DNA from: an uncultured Planctomycetaceae bacterium
GTDB taxonomy: Bacteria > Planctomycetota > Planctomycetia > Planctomycetales > Planctomycetaceae
Assembly: GCA_963813715.1 (NCBI GenBank)
Contig: CAWFAK010000007.1
Coordinates: forward strand, 224,001-288,000
DNA length: 64,000 bases
Direction: 5' to 3'
Positions 30,387-41,675 of the stretch are shown here, piece by piece. The number at the start of each line of letters is the position of its first letter. Within the stretch, counting starts at the first letter, position 1. A program made the position numbers and the translations under genes. The notes under the pieces are model-generated. The model had not been told where the DNA came from and made no database searches. It saw only the letters and a program-made list of their open reading frames with translations.

Positions 30387-31616
30387 ATGCAACAACTCGA
30401 TCGCTACGAGGAAGTCGTTGGACACGCGGAAGTGCAACGCCTGCGCAATCTGGCTGCGCGACTGGAGGGACGAAAGATCGTCCACGTCAACTCCACGAAG
30501 GCGGGCGGTGGCGTGGCCGAGATTCTCGGCTGGATGATTCCGCTGATGCGCGAGCTCGGGCTCGACGTCTCCTGGGAAGTGATTTCGGGGCCGCCCGATT
30601 TCTACCGCGTCACCAAAACGCTGCACAACGGACTGCAGGGGCTGCCGGTGTCGTTCCGGCCGCGGGATTTCGATCTGCATCACGACGTCGACAAGCAGAA
30701 CGCCGAAAAACTCAACCTGGCGGCCGACGTCGTCATCGTGCACGACCCGCAGCCGATTTTTCTGCCGGAGTACACACCAAAGGACCAGGTCAAACGCTGG
30801 ATTTGGCGGTGCCACGTCGACGCGTCGCGGCCCAACCGGGTCGTCTGGAAACACCTGGCCGGAGCGATTTCCCGCTATCAGGCGACGATCTTTTCGATGG
30901 CGGCTTTCACGCGGCCTCTCCCCTGCCCGATGTTCCTGATCCCTCCGTCGATCGATCCGCTGTCCGACAAAAACTGCCCGATTTCCGAGACGGAGCGGCT
31001 GGAAACGTTGAATCGACTGGGGATCGACGCGGACCGGCCCTTCTTGCTGCAGGTCTCGCGGTTCGATCGCTTCAAAGATCCGCTTGGCGTGATCGAAGCC
31101 TACCGGATGGTGAAGCCGTATCACCCCGAGATGCAGCTAGTGCTCGCGGGCGGACCGGCCGACGACGATCCCGAAGGGGCCGAGGTACTGCGCGAAGTGA
31201 TGGAGGCGGCCGGCGAAGATAAGGACCTCAAAGTCCTGATGTTGCCCCCCGATTCGCACCGCATGATCAACGCGCTGCAGCGCTCGGCCGTGATCGTTCT
31301 GCAAAAGTCGCTCAAGGAAGGTTTCGGGCTGACCGTGACCGAGGCGCTCTGGAAAGGCAAGCCGGTGATCGGCGGCGCCTGCGGCGGAATTACACTGCAA
31401 GTCCACGACTATCACACGGGCTTTTTGGTCCACTCGCCGGCCGGGGCGGCCTACCGCATTCGCTACCTGCTTCGCTATTCCGACAAGCGGGAACGGATGG
31501 GGCGAACGGGCTTCGAGTTCGTCCGCGAGCACTTCCTCCTCATCCGGCACCTGCGAGATTACTTGTCCACGATGCTCTGTCTCGACTCGCCGGGGGAGAT
31601 GGATTTGGTCGCCTGA
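30387..31616 (+). CDS. treT: GT4 glycosyltransferase, trehalose synthase TreT-like
   Basis: HVNST..GGGVAEIL, HDPQP, WRCHVD, PSIDPLS.KN, SRFDRFKDP, EGFGLTVTEALWK. Confidence 0.85.
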   Translation: MQQLDRYEEVVGHAEVQRLRNLAARLEGRKIVHVNSTKAGGGVAEILGWMIPLMRELGLDVSWEVISGPPDFYRVTKTLHNGLQGLPVSFRPRDFDLHHDVDKQNAEKLNLAADVVIVHDPQPIFLPEYTPKDQVKRWIWRCHVDASRPNRVVWKHLAGAISRYQATIFSMAAFTRPLPCPMFLIPPSIDPLSDKNCPISETERLETLNRLGIDADRPFLLQVSRFDRFKDPLGVIEAYRMVKPYHPEMQLVLAGGPADDDPEGAEVLREVMEAAGEDKDLKVLMLPPDSHRMINALQRSAVIVLQKSLKEGFGLTVTEALWKGKPVIGGACGGITLQVHDYHTGFLVHSPAGAAYRIRYLLRYSDKRERMGRTGFEFVREHFLLIRHLRDYLSTMLCLDSPGEMDLVA

Positions 31617-31729
31617 TTGGGCTGACAGAGCAGCGCGGCGCCGGTGAGGGGACAACGGCGAGCGGACAACGGCGAGGGCCGCAACTGCGAAGTCAAAGAA
31701 AGTCCACGGAAGATGTCGGGACGTGATCG

Positions 31730-33653
31730 ATGAGTGAGTTGCTTCTCCGGCATACCGATTCCGAGCAACTGATCGGCAGATCGTGTGGGGCGCTGACCGG
31801 CCCCGGCAATTCAATCTGCTGGCGCGTCTGGGCGCCGAGCGCGAAACAGGTCGAATTGTTCCTGGCCGACGGCACCAGCAGCGAAACGGAATTTCGCCGT
31901 CTGGTCATGGAACCCGCTGCCCGCGGCCACTTCGTCCATTCCGAAGCGGACGTGGCGGAGGGGCGGCGGTACGCCTTCTCCCTCGATGGCGGTCCCCTGC
32001 GGCCCGATCCGGCGTCCCGCTGGCAGCCGGACGGATTGCATCGTCCGTCGGCCGTGATCCGTCTCGATCAGTTCGACTGGTCCGAAGGAACGTGGCAAGG
32101 TCTGCCCCGCTCCGAACTCGTGCTCTACGAATTGCACGTGGGCACGTTTACTCCGGAAGGCACGTTCGACGCCCTGGCCGCCCGCCTCGAGGATCTCCGC
32201 AGTCTGAGAGTGACGGCCGTCGAGCTGATGCCGGTCTGTCAGTTTCCCGGCGGGCGCAGTTGGGGCTACGACCTCGCGCATCCCTTTGCCGTGCAGAACA
32301 CCTACGGCGGACCGCGAGGCCTGCAGCGGCTAGTGGCCGCCTGCCACCGCGTCGGTTTGGCCGTCTTTATCGACGTCGTCTACAACCACTTCGGTCCCGA
32401 GGGGACTTACGTCGGCGACTTCGGTCCCTACTTCACCGATCGGTATAACACGCCGTGGGGTCGGGCCATCAATTATGACGACGCCGGCTGCGACGCCGTG
32501 CGGGCCTATGTGCTCGACAACGTGCGGATGTGGATTCGCGACTTCCATGTCGACGGGCTGCGGGTCGACGCAGTGCACGCGGTCTACGATTTTGGGGCGC
32601 GGCACATCTTGCGCGAGATCAAGCAGATGGCCGAGGCCGAAGCCTCGCGACTCGGACGTCCCGTGCACATCATCGCCGAAAGCGATCTCAACGACGTCCG
32701 CTTGATCGATCCGCCGCGCGCCGGCGGCTACGGCCTGGACGCTCAGTGGGCCGACGATTTTCATCACGCCGTCCACGCCTTTCTGACCGGCGAGCGCACG
32801 AGTTACTACTCCGACTTCGGCCGCGCCGAGCAGATCGTTAAAGCGCTCAATCAATCGTTTGTTTTCGACGGCATTCACAGCCCGTTTCGCAATCGGCGAC
32901 ATGGCGGGCCACCGGGACCACACTCGGGCGATCGCTTCGTATTCGCCATTCAGAATCACGACCAGATCGGCAATCGGCCGCGCGGCGATCGCCTGGGCAC
33001 GATCCTGGAGCCTGCGCAACAGCGCGCTGGCGGCCGGACTGCTGTTGCTCGCGCCCTCGATCCCACTGATCTTCATGGGGGAGGAGTACGACGAAACGCG
33101 TCCCTTCCCCTACTTCTGCTCGTTCGAGGATCGGGAAATCGCCGACTCCGCCCGCCGCGGACGCCGGTTGGAATTTGCCTACGAGGGGAACGAAGACGAA
33201 GTCCCCGACCCGCAGGCGCGCGAAACCTTCGAGTCGGCGAAGCTGAGCTGGTCGTGGAAGGGATCGCGGCAAGCCGGCCTCCGGCAGCTGTATCAGACGC
33301 TGCTGGACCTCCGCCGGCGGCGATTTCCGCTGGCCCGCTCGCACGCGCATCGGGCCTCGCTGCTCAAAACTGGCACGGACAGTCCGGGAATTCTGCGGCT
33401 GGAACGATCGATTGCGGTCGAGAGTTGTGGCGCTCCCACCGGGGCCACCGGGGCACAGGAGGAATCGCTGGTCGCCTACTTCAATCTCGAGGGACGCGAG
33501 GAGCGGCTGCCGGACGGCGAACGGCCCGACGGACGATTGTTGCTCGCTTCCGAGGATCTGCGGTTCGGCGGCGCTCGCGAGGAGTCCGCCCCCGCGGATA
33601 TCCTGATGCCGTTCGAGTTCTGGATCTTTGGGCCGAGCCGTTGGAGCGATTGA
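31730..33653 (+). CDS. treZ: Malto-oligosyltrehalose trehalohydrolase; frameshift near 33025
   Basis: YELHVGTFT, WGYD, DVVYNHFGP, GLRVDAVHA, IAESD, QNHDQIGNR; second frame PLIFMGEEY...PDPQ. Confidence 0.9.
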
Positions 33654-36600
33654 TGAGTTCCACGCTGACTCCCCAAGCCGCAATCCCCGAACGCGAAGCC
33701 GCGAGGCCCGTCATTGACGCACCGTTGATCGACGCCCAGCTGATCGACGCTCTGTTGGAATCGGTTAAAAGGCGTCTGCAAGAGCGACGGCTCCCCGAGG
33801 CCACGTACCGCCTGCAGGTGCACCACGCCTTCACCTTCCGCGACGCCCGGCGGATCGTCGATTACCTGGCAGCGCTCGGCGTCAGCGACTGTTATCTCTC
33901 GCCCTACATGATGGCCATCGCCGGCACCGAGCACGGCTATGACATCGTCAATCACAACACGCTCAATCCGGAGATCGGCAGCGAGCAGGACTATCACGCC
34001 TTCGTCGAAACGCTCAAGTCGCACGGGCTGGGGCAGATCATCGACGTGGTGCCCAATCACATGGGCGTCGGCGACGCAAATGCCTGGTGGACCGACGTGC
34101 TGGAAAACGGTCCCGGCTCGCCCTACGCCTCGTTCTTCGACATCGACTGGAACCCGCTCAAGCCCGACCTGGCCAATAAGGTCTTGCTCCCCATTCTGGG
34201 CGACCAGTTCGGCAAGGTGCTCGAGGAGCAGCAACTGGTGCTCGCCTTCGAGGATGGAGGCTTCTGGCTGCACTACTACCAGCGGCGGTTGCCCATCGCG
34301 CCCCACTCGTGGGCGACGATTCTCGGCTATCGCATCGAGGCTCTCGCGCAAGCACTCGCCGGGGACGAGCCGCACCTGCTCGAATACCAGAGCATCCTCA
34401 CGGGGATCGGCCATTTGCCCGGCATGACCGAGACGGATCCCCAGAAGGTCTGCGAGCGTCGCCGCGAAAAAGAAGTGCTCAAGCGGCGACTGAAGGAGCT
34501 GGCCGAGGCGACCCCCGCCGTCGACAAGTTCATTCAGGAAAATGTGACGCTCTTTAACGGGACGCGCGGCGAGCCGCAAAGCTTCGACTTGCTCGACCAG
34601 CTTCTGGCGGAGCAACCGTATCGGCTGGCCTATTGGCGGGTCGCCAGCGACGAGATCAATTATCGGCGGTTCTTCGACGTCAACGAGCTGGCCGCCATCT
34701 GCATGGAGAACGTCGACGTCTTCAACCAGACGCACCGTTTGATCCTGCAGTTGGTGAACCAGGGGCAGGTGCAAGGGTTGCGGATCGACCACCCCGACGG
34801 CCTGTACGATCCGCCCGAATATCTCCGCCGGCTGCAGAAGGCCCGCTTTCTGCAAATCTGCCGGCAGGCGTTCGACGAGGAGATTGCGCCCGCCGAATCA
34901 ACTGCTCCATCGGCCGAGCCGACAGCCGGCGTCTCCGCAGCGGCTGCAACGTCCGACCGCGCGGGCACCGGCGCGAACGGCAGCGCGTCCGCACAGTCCG
35001 CGCCATCCGCAGCGCCGACGTGGGAAACCCTGGAGCCGCTGCTCGTCGATCGCTTCGACACGCTCGCCCGCACCGAACGCAACGACGTGCTGATCCGTCC
35101 GCTCTATGTGGTGGTCGAAAAAATTCTCGAGCCCGGCGAACGTTTGCCGGAAAGCTGGCCCGTCCACGGCACGACGGGATACGACTTTTTGGCTCAGTTG
35201 AACGGCATCTTCGTCGACCGCACGAGCGCCAAGGCGTTCGACAAGCTGTACTCGCAGTTCATCAAGCACACGGTCAACGTCCAGGAGCTGGTCTACCGCT
35301 GCAAGCTCTTGATCATGCAAGTCTCGATGTCGGCGGAAGTCAGCATGCTGGGACACCAGCTCGATCGGATCTCCGAGCGCAATCGCCGGAGCCGCGACTT
35401 CACGCTCAACAGCCTGACGGAGGCCCTCCGCGAAGTGATCGCCTGCTTCCCCGTTTACCGCACGTACGTCACTGCGCCTCGGCGTGCTGGACCGCGACCG
35501 CCGCTACATCGAGCTGGCCGTCGCCCGGGCCAAGCGAAAAAATCCGGCGACGAGCGCCTCGATTTTCGATCTCGTCCGCGACGTGCTTTTACTCAGCCAA
35601 ACTTATGCTCCCGACGACGCCGCCCGTGAGGCCTTGGAACGTTTCGTCGGCCGGTTCCAGCAGTTCACCGGCCCGGTGATGGCGAAGGCCGTCGAGGATA
35701 CGGCTTTCTACATTCACAACCGGCTCGTTTCGCTCAACGAAGTCGGCGGAGATCCGGCGATCTTCGGCTCGCCCCTCTCCACGTTTCATCAGCAGAACCT
35801 CGAGCGGCAGGCGCACTGGCCGTACTCGCTCCTGGCGACCTCCACGCACGACACGAAGCGCAGCGAAGACGTGCGGGCGCGCATCAACGTCCTTTCGGAA
35901 ATGCCGCGAGAATTCCGTCGCCGGGTGTTCCGCTGGGCCCGCCTCAACCAGACGAAGAAGGCCCGCGTCGAAGAGGGCCCCGCCCCTTTGCGGAACGACG
36001 AGTTCCTGCTCTATCAGACGCTGATCGGTAGCTGGCCGCTCGAGCCGATGGACGCGGCCGCACGCGCCGCGTATTGCGAGCGGATCCAGAACTACATGCT
36101 CAAGGCGACGCGCGAAGCCAAGGTGATGACCAGCTGGGTCAGCCCCAACGAGGACTACGAACGGGCGACTCGCGAATTTGTCGCCGGGATCTTGGACCCG
36201 TCGCGGCGCAATGCCTTCCTGCCGGATTTCGAGCCCTTCGCCAAACAGATCTCCGAGCTGGGGCTGTGGAACTCGCTCTCGCAAACCGTGCTGAAGTTGA
36301 CCGGCGCCGGCGTGCCAGACCTCTACCAGGGAACCGAGATCTGGGACTTCAGCCTGGTCGATCCGGACAATCGTCGACCGGTCGACTACGAACGGCGTCG
36401 CGCGTTGCTCGCCTCGCTCGAGTCGCGGTTGGCACAATCGGTCGATCAGCTGGGAGACCTGTCGCGTGAGTTGGTCGCCAGTCCGCGGGACGGACGGATC
36501 AAACTTTTTGTCATTTGGCGGATGTTGAATTTCCGTCGGCAGCATCCGGGGCTGTTGACCAGCGGGCGCTATTTGCCACTCGATGCGACCGGTCCGCGGT

Positions 36601-36893
36601 CCGAACACGTCTGCGCGTTCGTTCGCAAGACGCCGCAATCGGCGCTGGTGGTCGTGGTCCCGCGGCTCATCGGAAAGCTGTGTGGCGAGGCGGGGGGCCC
36701 TCCGCTCGGTCGAGACCGTTGGGGCGACACATTCGTCAGCCTCCCCACCCAACTGCAATCTGCGAGTTTTCGCAACCTCTTCACGGGCGAAATCGTGGGG
36801 CCGAGCCAGCCCGGCTTTTCTGAAGCGGGCCGCTGGTCGATAGGGGACATACTGGCGACTTTTCCCGTCGCCGTCCTCGAACGCATCGACTGA
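33653..36893 (+). CDS. treY: Malto-oligosyltrehalose synthase; frameshift near 35478
   Basis: ATYRLQ, HGYD, DVVPNHM, INYRRFF, RIDHPDGL, VEKIL, STHDTKRSEDVRAR, PDLYQG; TGATG stop/start overlap with treZ. Confidence 0.92.
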
Positions 36894-37116
36894 ATTGTGT
36901 CCCCGCTGCTTTGCCGCGCCCGTTCTGCGCGCTCTCCATCGGAGCGTCGCAAGACTTGAATGTGGGCAGTCTGCGCAAAACGTAGGGGATGTTTGGAGGC
37001 CGAACCGATCGCGAATTGACCAACGTCAGAGCAAAATCCAGCCGCTGGGGGGACGATCGAGCGAAATCTCGCATGAAAAACGGGGATTCGGCAGCCGTGG
37101 TCAGGGGCCAGGCCGG

Positions 37117-37132
37117 CGGCACGTCTCTTGCG
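37117..37132 (+). promoter_or_regulatory. Putative sigma-54 -24/-12 promoter
   Basis: CGGCACG-TCTC-TTGC, near-perfect consensus. Confidence 0.65.
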
Positions 37133-37444
37133 AAACTGCAAGGCGTTTGGATCGCACACATCCACCAAGAGGTACGGAAGGAATGAATCGCCACGCACGG
37201 ACGTGCCACTCGCATTTATGACTAAGGCCGAAGCAGTGAAGCAGGAACGGGCGACACGCCAATATTCCGTGCGGCAAACTCCCAACGCGATTCACCCCCA
37301 ACCGGTTAACGGCCCCGGCGCCGCCCGGGGCGGACGGATGAACGTCTTCGCAGCTCAGTCGCTCGTTGACGCGCGACCGTCCCGCTTGGGGCGATTCCGG
37401 CCAAGCCGGGGACGCTTGATCGGCGCCGGCGCCAACGGGCGCAA

Positions 37445-38152
37445 GTGCCCTTCCCGGCCACCACCGAGAAGTGGCAGGGATTCGGGTCCGGCCTGATTGG
37501 CATCTTCCGGGAACGTCTGGGAGCCCAGGAGACGCGGCGACGCTTGTTGCACGCCACTCCTGGTTTGCTCCCCTTTGTGCTTTGGGTCGTGCCCCACGAT
37601 CCGCCGTCGTCCGTCCGTTTCCTGAGCATTCTCGGCGGCTTGATCATCGTCCTGGCGGCGATCGCCTATTACCAGTTTGGTCGCGTCCAACGAGCGGCCG
37701 AAGGCGGCCGAGACGTCATGGGAGCGGTCTTTGGTTATGCCACGGTCGTGCTCGTCACGATGTTGTTGTGCCCGCGGCACGTCGAGCTGGCCTTCGCGGC
37801 GCTGGCCGTGCTGGCCTTCGGCGACGGCTCGGCCACTTTGGGTGGCCTGTTGATGCGCGGCCGCCGCCTGCCGTGGAATTCGCGGAAGTCCATTTTCGGC
37901 ACGATTTGTTTCGTGCTCGTGGCGACGCCGCTTGCCGCGCTCATCTATTGGGGCCAGGCTCACGACGCTTACGAAACGGCGGCCGTCCCCCATGTCGGCT
38001 TCCGCATGGCCCTCTTCGGCGCACTAGCGGCAGCGGGAGCGGCGGCTTTGGTCGAATCGCTCCCGGTGAAGTCGAACGACAATCTTCGCGTGGGAACGAC
38101 CGCGGCCGTCGTGCTGGTGATGTTCCAGTATCTGGTCGTCGGCTGGGCCTGA
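37445..38152 (+). CDS. Dolichol/phytol/DGK1-like CTP-dependent membrane kinase (start uncertain)
   Basis: RRLLH, AFGDG.A.L.G, LPWN.RKS..GT, DNL; multiple TM segments. Confidence 0.78.
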   Translation: MPFPATTEKWQGFGSGLIGIFRERLGAQETRRRLLHATPGLLPFVLWVVPHDPPSSVRFLSILGGLIIVLAAIAYYQFGRVQRAAEGGRDVMGAVFGYATVVLVTMLLCPRHVELAFAALAVLAFGDGSATLGGLLMRGRRLPWNSRKSIFGTICFVLVATPLAALIYWGQAHDAYETAAVPHVGFRMALFGALAAAGAAALVESLPVKSNDNLRVGTTAAVVLVMFQYLVVGWA

Positions 38153-38285
38153 GCGATTGTTGGCTTTGAACGACAATAGACAAACTCGGCCCCTCGCCGC
38201 CTCATTGTCTGTTAGCCGGTGGCGTGGCGATTGAGCGGCGTCCATCGGCGGTCAGTCGTGGCCGGCTCTTCGCCGAGGCGCTGTC

Positions 38286-38920
38286 ATGTCGAAACAGCCA
38301 ACTGAAACGCGCACAAGCCCGCACTCCGACGAAAATGGCACAACGTCACCTGGCCCGGACCGCTTTGGAGCGCGCTGGCGGCGGTCCTGTTGCTCTTGCT
38401 CACGATCGGTGCGGGGCTCGAAGTCCGGCATTACAAGGAACGACGCCTCATCGCGCGGCTCGAGCGTCTGGGAGCGCAATGTCGTACGACGGTCGTCGCT
38501 CCAAATTGGCTGCGAGAACTCGTTGGCGACCGTTGGCTGACACCTTTCGAGCGAACCAATGCCGTCCTCTTCAACTTCTACACGCCGCCGGATTTTAATC
38601 TCGCTGACGAAGATCTGTCTTGTCTGGCTGATCTGCCCAACCTGGAGCACTTGTCGCTAAACCGAACGCGTGTGACGGACGAGTCGCTCGTCCCGTGGGA
38701 GCGGCTACCGTCGCTCAAGATTTTGCGGCTCGTCGATACGGATGTCTCCGATGACTGCGTGGAGCATTTGTTGAAACTGACGACCCTCGAAGAACTCGAC
38801 CTGTACCGAACGCAGGTCACGGCCGCCGGAGCCACGCGACTGGAAAAACTGCCTAATCTGAGATTCTTTCGTGGGCCGGACACAGAATTTCCTCGATACC
38901 TTCCCCCGTCGTCCAAATAG
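38286..38920 (+). CDS. Membrane-anchored leucine-rich-repeat protein; probable frameshift near 38370
   Basis: LPNLEHLSLNRTRVTD, LPSLKILRLVDTDVSD, LTTLEELDLYRTQVT repeats. Confidence 0.8.
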
Positions 38921-38962
38921 TCGGCCGAGGCGCTCTTACGTCGGGTTCTGCAACACGCCAAC

Positions 38963-39003
38963 AAAAAAACCGAGGGACCCGGCCGCAGCCAAATCCCTCG
39001 GTT
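38963..39003 (-). terminator. Intrinsic terminator for the minus-strand transcript
   Basis: Stem AACCGAGGGA / TCCCTCGGTT preceded by A7 on the plus strand. Confidence 0.65.
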
Positions 39004-39027
39004 CGATTTCAATTCAGTTCGTCGGGC

Positions 39028-39600
39028 TCAGTCGAGAATCTTGGAGGTGTCCTTCAAGATCTCGGCAATCGAGTCCGAGGTGAGCTGGCCGGGCGCGAAG
39101 GCGTGATTGACCTTCACGTCGCTCTTGACCCACATCAACACGGTGACGTCGGCCTTGTCGGAGAGCTGGTAGTCCGGCGGACCCATCGGGCCGTCGAAGA
39201 TCGTCAGCGGAACGTTCTCGATCTTGTTCTTCTCGGCCAGGGCCTTGAGCTTGGATTCGGCGTGATCCGGGTCGTCCGTGAGCAGGACGACGAACGCCTT
39301 CATCCGCTTGTCCTTGTTCTTGGCGACTTCCTCGTCGACCTTCTTCACGAGGGCAGTGACTTTGTCGTCGATCTTATGCGTGAAGACGGCGACCACCGGG
39401 TTGCCGCCGTAACGGCAGCGGTAGCAGAGCTTCGTGCCGGCAGCCGGGCCGGTCACGTCCTGCACCTGAAACGCGGCAGGCGCTTCGCCAGGCTTCAAGC
39501 CGGAGGCAATCTCGGCGGCTTTGACGCTGACGAAGCCGATGACGGCCGTCGCGAGGCCCGCCATCGCAAGAAGAGACAGTTTTCGCATCACGTTCTCCAT
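39028..39600 (-). CDS. Secreted thioredoxin-fold-like hypothetical protein
   Basis: Signal peptide, G..AP.F.V.DVTG, LCYRC motif. Confidence 0.7.
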   Translation of the reverse strand: MENVMRKLSLLAMAGLATAVIGFVSVKAAEIASGLKPGEAPAAFQVQDVTGPAAGTKLCYRCRYGGNPVVAVFTHKIDDKVTALVKKVDEEVAKNKDKRMKAFVVLLTDDPDHAESKLKALAEKNKIENVPLTIFDGPMGPPDYQLSDKADVTVLMWVKSDVKVNHAFAPGQLTSDSIAEILKDTSKILD

Positions 39601-39769
39601 CGTTTAAGTGGGCGAATCGTTGAGTTCAGAAGCCCAGTTCACCGTGCGGCAGTTCGCATTATGTTAGGCAGATCGGCCATTTCGGCCAAGCCGCAGCCGC
39701 GAGCCGGCAATGACATTTCCGAATGTTAAGAATCTACCAACACCTGTGCTCTTTTGAACATTTCCCGGG

Positions 39770-40336
39770 CTATTTGAGCGATTCGACGGCGGCAGCCACG
39801 GCCTTGGCATCGCCGGCCGGGTCAACCTTTGTGTTCTTGACGACGATCTTGCCCTGCTTGTCGATCACAAATGTCCACCGCTTGGCGGTGACGCCACGCT
39901 TCAGGTCGACCATCTTGCCGTTGGCGCCTTTGACCTTGGCTAACCGGCCGGGCCCGACGGGAACGCCGAACGCCTTGGCGATCTCGCCTTTCTCGTCGGC
40001 CAGCAGCGTGAAGTTGAGTTCTTTCACCTTCTTAAAGAGCTGGTGATTAGCCACCGAGTCGCCGCTGACGCCGACCACTTCGACGCCCTTGGCGGTGAGC
40101 GCCTGCATGTCGTCGCGGAAGCCACAGGCCTGCTTGGTGCAGCCGCCCGTGAGATCGGCCGGGTAGAAGTAAACGACGAGCACGCCCTTCCCCACGTGGT
40201 CGGCCGAATCCCAGGTCTTGCCCTGATCGTCGGTCGCCGTGAAGGACGGGGCTTTGTCGCCGACATCGATCGCACGGGCCGCATTCATGCCAACACCAAC
40301 AAATGCCAAGGCCAACAGCAACGCAAGCGGTTTCAT
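39770..40336 (-). CDS. Peroxiredoxin, BCP/PrxQ type, with signal peptide
   Basis: YFYPADLTGGCTKQACGFRD, GVSGD, LLAD, R.TFVID. Confidence 0.92.
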   Translation of the reverse strand: MKPLALLLALAFVGVGMNAARAIDVGDKAPSFTATDDQGKTWDSADHVGKGVLVVYFYPADLTGGCTKQACGFRDDMQALTAKGVEVVGVSGDSVANHQLFKKVKELNFTLLADEKGEIAKAFGVPVGPGRLAKVKGANGKMVDLKRGVTAKRWTFVIDKQGKIVVKNTKVDPAGDAKAVAAAVESLK

Positions 40337-40378
40337 CGGCGGATTCTCCAGGCGGGCAGGTTCGGGCGGGTGATGCCC

Positions 40379-41362
40379 TCATTCTGTCACGCCGCGGAGC
40401 GGCCCGTCAACCGGGGCCGAACGCAGCTCGCCGGCCGGAGTGTGGGCGGCCAGTTGGGCGATCATGTCTTTGGTCGCCGCCTCGACCGCCTGCTCCCAGT
40501 TCGCCTCGCCAAAGCGACTCCGCCAGGGCTCGCGAGAGTGGGCGAAGTTGATGCCGCGGGCATTGTTGACGAGGGCGCCCAGCCCATTCTCGTCGAACGC
40601 CCCCGCGACGTCGGCCGCTCCGCCACCCTGCGTGCCGTAGCCCGGCACCAGCAAGGGCGCGTGCGGCATGAGGGCCCGCAGCTCGGTCAACTCGCGCGGC
40701 CAGGTCGCTCCGATGACGGCGCCCACCGCGCCGTATTTCTCGCTGCCGGCCGTTGAGGCGGCCAGTCCCTCCACCATTTGGGCGACGTGCTGATACATCG
40801 GCCGCCCGGCGGCGACCGGATCCTGAAACGTGCCGGCTCCCGCATTGCTCGTGCGCGTGAGCACATAGACACCCGCGCCGCGCTCGCGCGACAGCTTGAC
40901 GAAAGGCTCGAGCGTGTCGCTGCCCATGTAGGGATTCACCGTCACCGCGTCGGCCGCGAAGGGCGCCGCGTCCGGATCCTCGCCCGCCAGGTAGGCCGCC
41001 GCGTAAGCCTCGGCCGTCGAGCCGATGTCACCGCGCTTGGCGTCGCAGATCACGATCAAGCCGGCGTCGCGGGCTTTGCGAATCACCCGCGCCAGCACGG
41101 CCACGCCCTCGGGCCCCACTTGCTCGAAGAACGCTGACTGCGGTTTCACCGCCGGCACGAGCGGCGCCACGACGTCGATCAGGCGGAAGCAGAATTCTTC
41201 ATAGGCGGCCGCCGCGACCTCGGCGCGACTGCCCTGACAACGAGCCTCAGCCGCCCGGATGACCGGCGCGGGCAAATCGGCCAGACGCGGGTCGATGCCC
41301 ACCAGGGCCGCCGTCTGCTTTCGCAAAACGGCCGCGTTGAGCCGCACGCCGAATCCGGTCAT
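40379..41362 (-). CDS. pyrF: Orotidine-5'-phosphate decarboxylase
   Basis: VGIDP, KPQSAFFE, DAKRGDIGST, TVNPYMG, RTSN, LVPGYGTQGG. Confidence 0.95.
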   Translation of the reverse strand: MTGFGVRLNAAVLRKQTAALVGIDPRLADLPAPVIRAAEARCQGSRAEVAAAAYEEFCFRLIDVVAPLVPAVKPQSAFFEQVGPEGVAVLARVIRKARDAGLIVICDAKRGDIGSTAEAYAAAYLAGEDPDAAPFAADAVTVNPYMGSDTLEPFVKLSRERGAGVYVLTRTSNAGAGTFQDPVAAGRPMYQHVAQMVEGLAASTAGSEKYGAVGAVIGATWPRELTELRALMPHAPLLVPGYGTQGGGAADVAGAFDENGLGALVNNARGINFAHSREPWRSRFGEANWEQAVEAATKDMIAQLAAHTPAGELRSAPVDGPLRGVTE

Positions 41363-41675
41363 CGTCCGTCCGCTCGCTTCATTTCGACGTCTCAAGGTCG
41401 TCCGCTAACCCCAAAGCCGACACGGCGCGGACGATTTTGCCTCTGGTGACAGTTGTAACGCGCGTACGGACGGCCGCAAACCATCCGCGCAACTACCTAC
41501 GGCAGTCATGGCTCGACCGGGGATTGGACCAATTCCACCGGATGAGAGGCTTTCTGGGAGCAAGTTTTGATACCCGTGCTATTTTTTGCCGTCCCCAAAA
41601 CCGGGCAGAGATTCCGGTGACGTGGAGTTCGGCCGTGGGACGCGGCCATCGCCAGCGCGAAGCGAGAAATCTTCG

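Noticed and set aside
31730..35629. Apparent 1299-aa TreZ-TreY fusion ORF
   Set aside because: Artefact of the frameshift near 33025: the true TreZ C-terminus is in another frame ending at 33653, where treY starts with a TGATG overlap
41450..41675. c-di-GMP or other riboswitch upstream of the HD-GYP regulator
   Set aside because: No GEMM-like or other riboswitch consensus visible by eye
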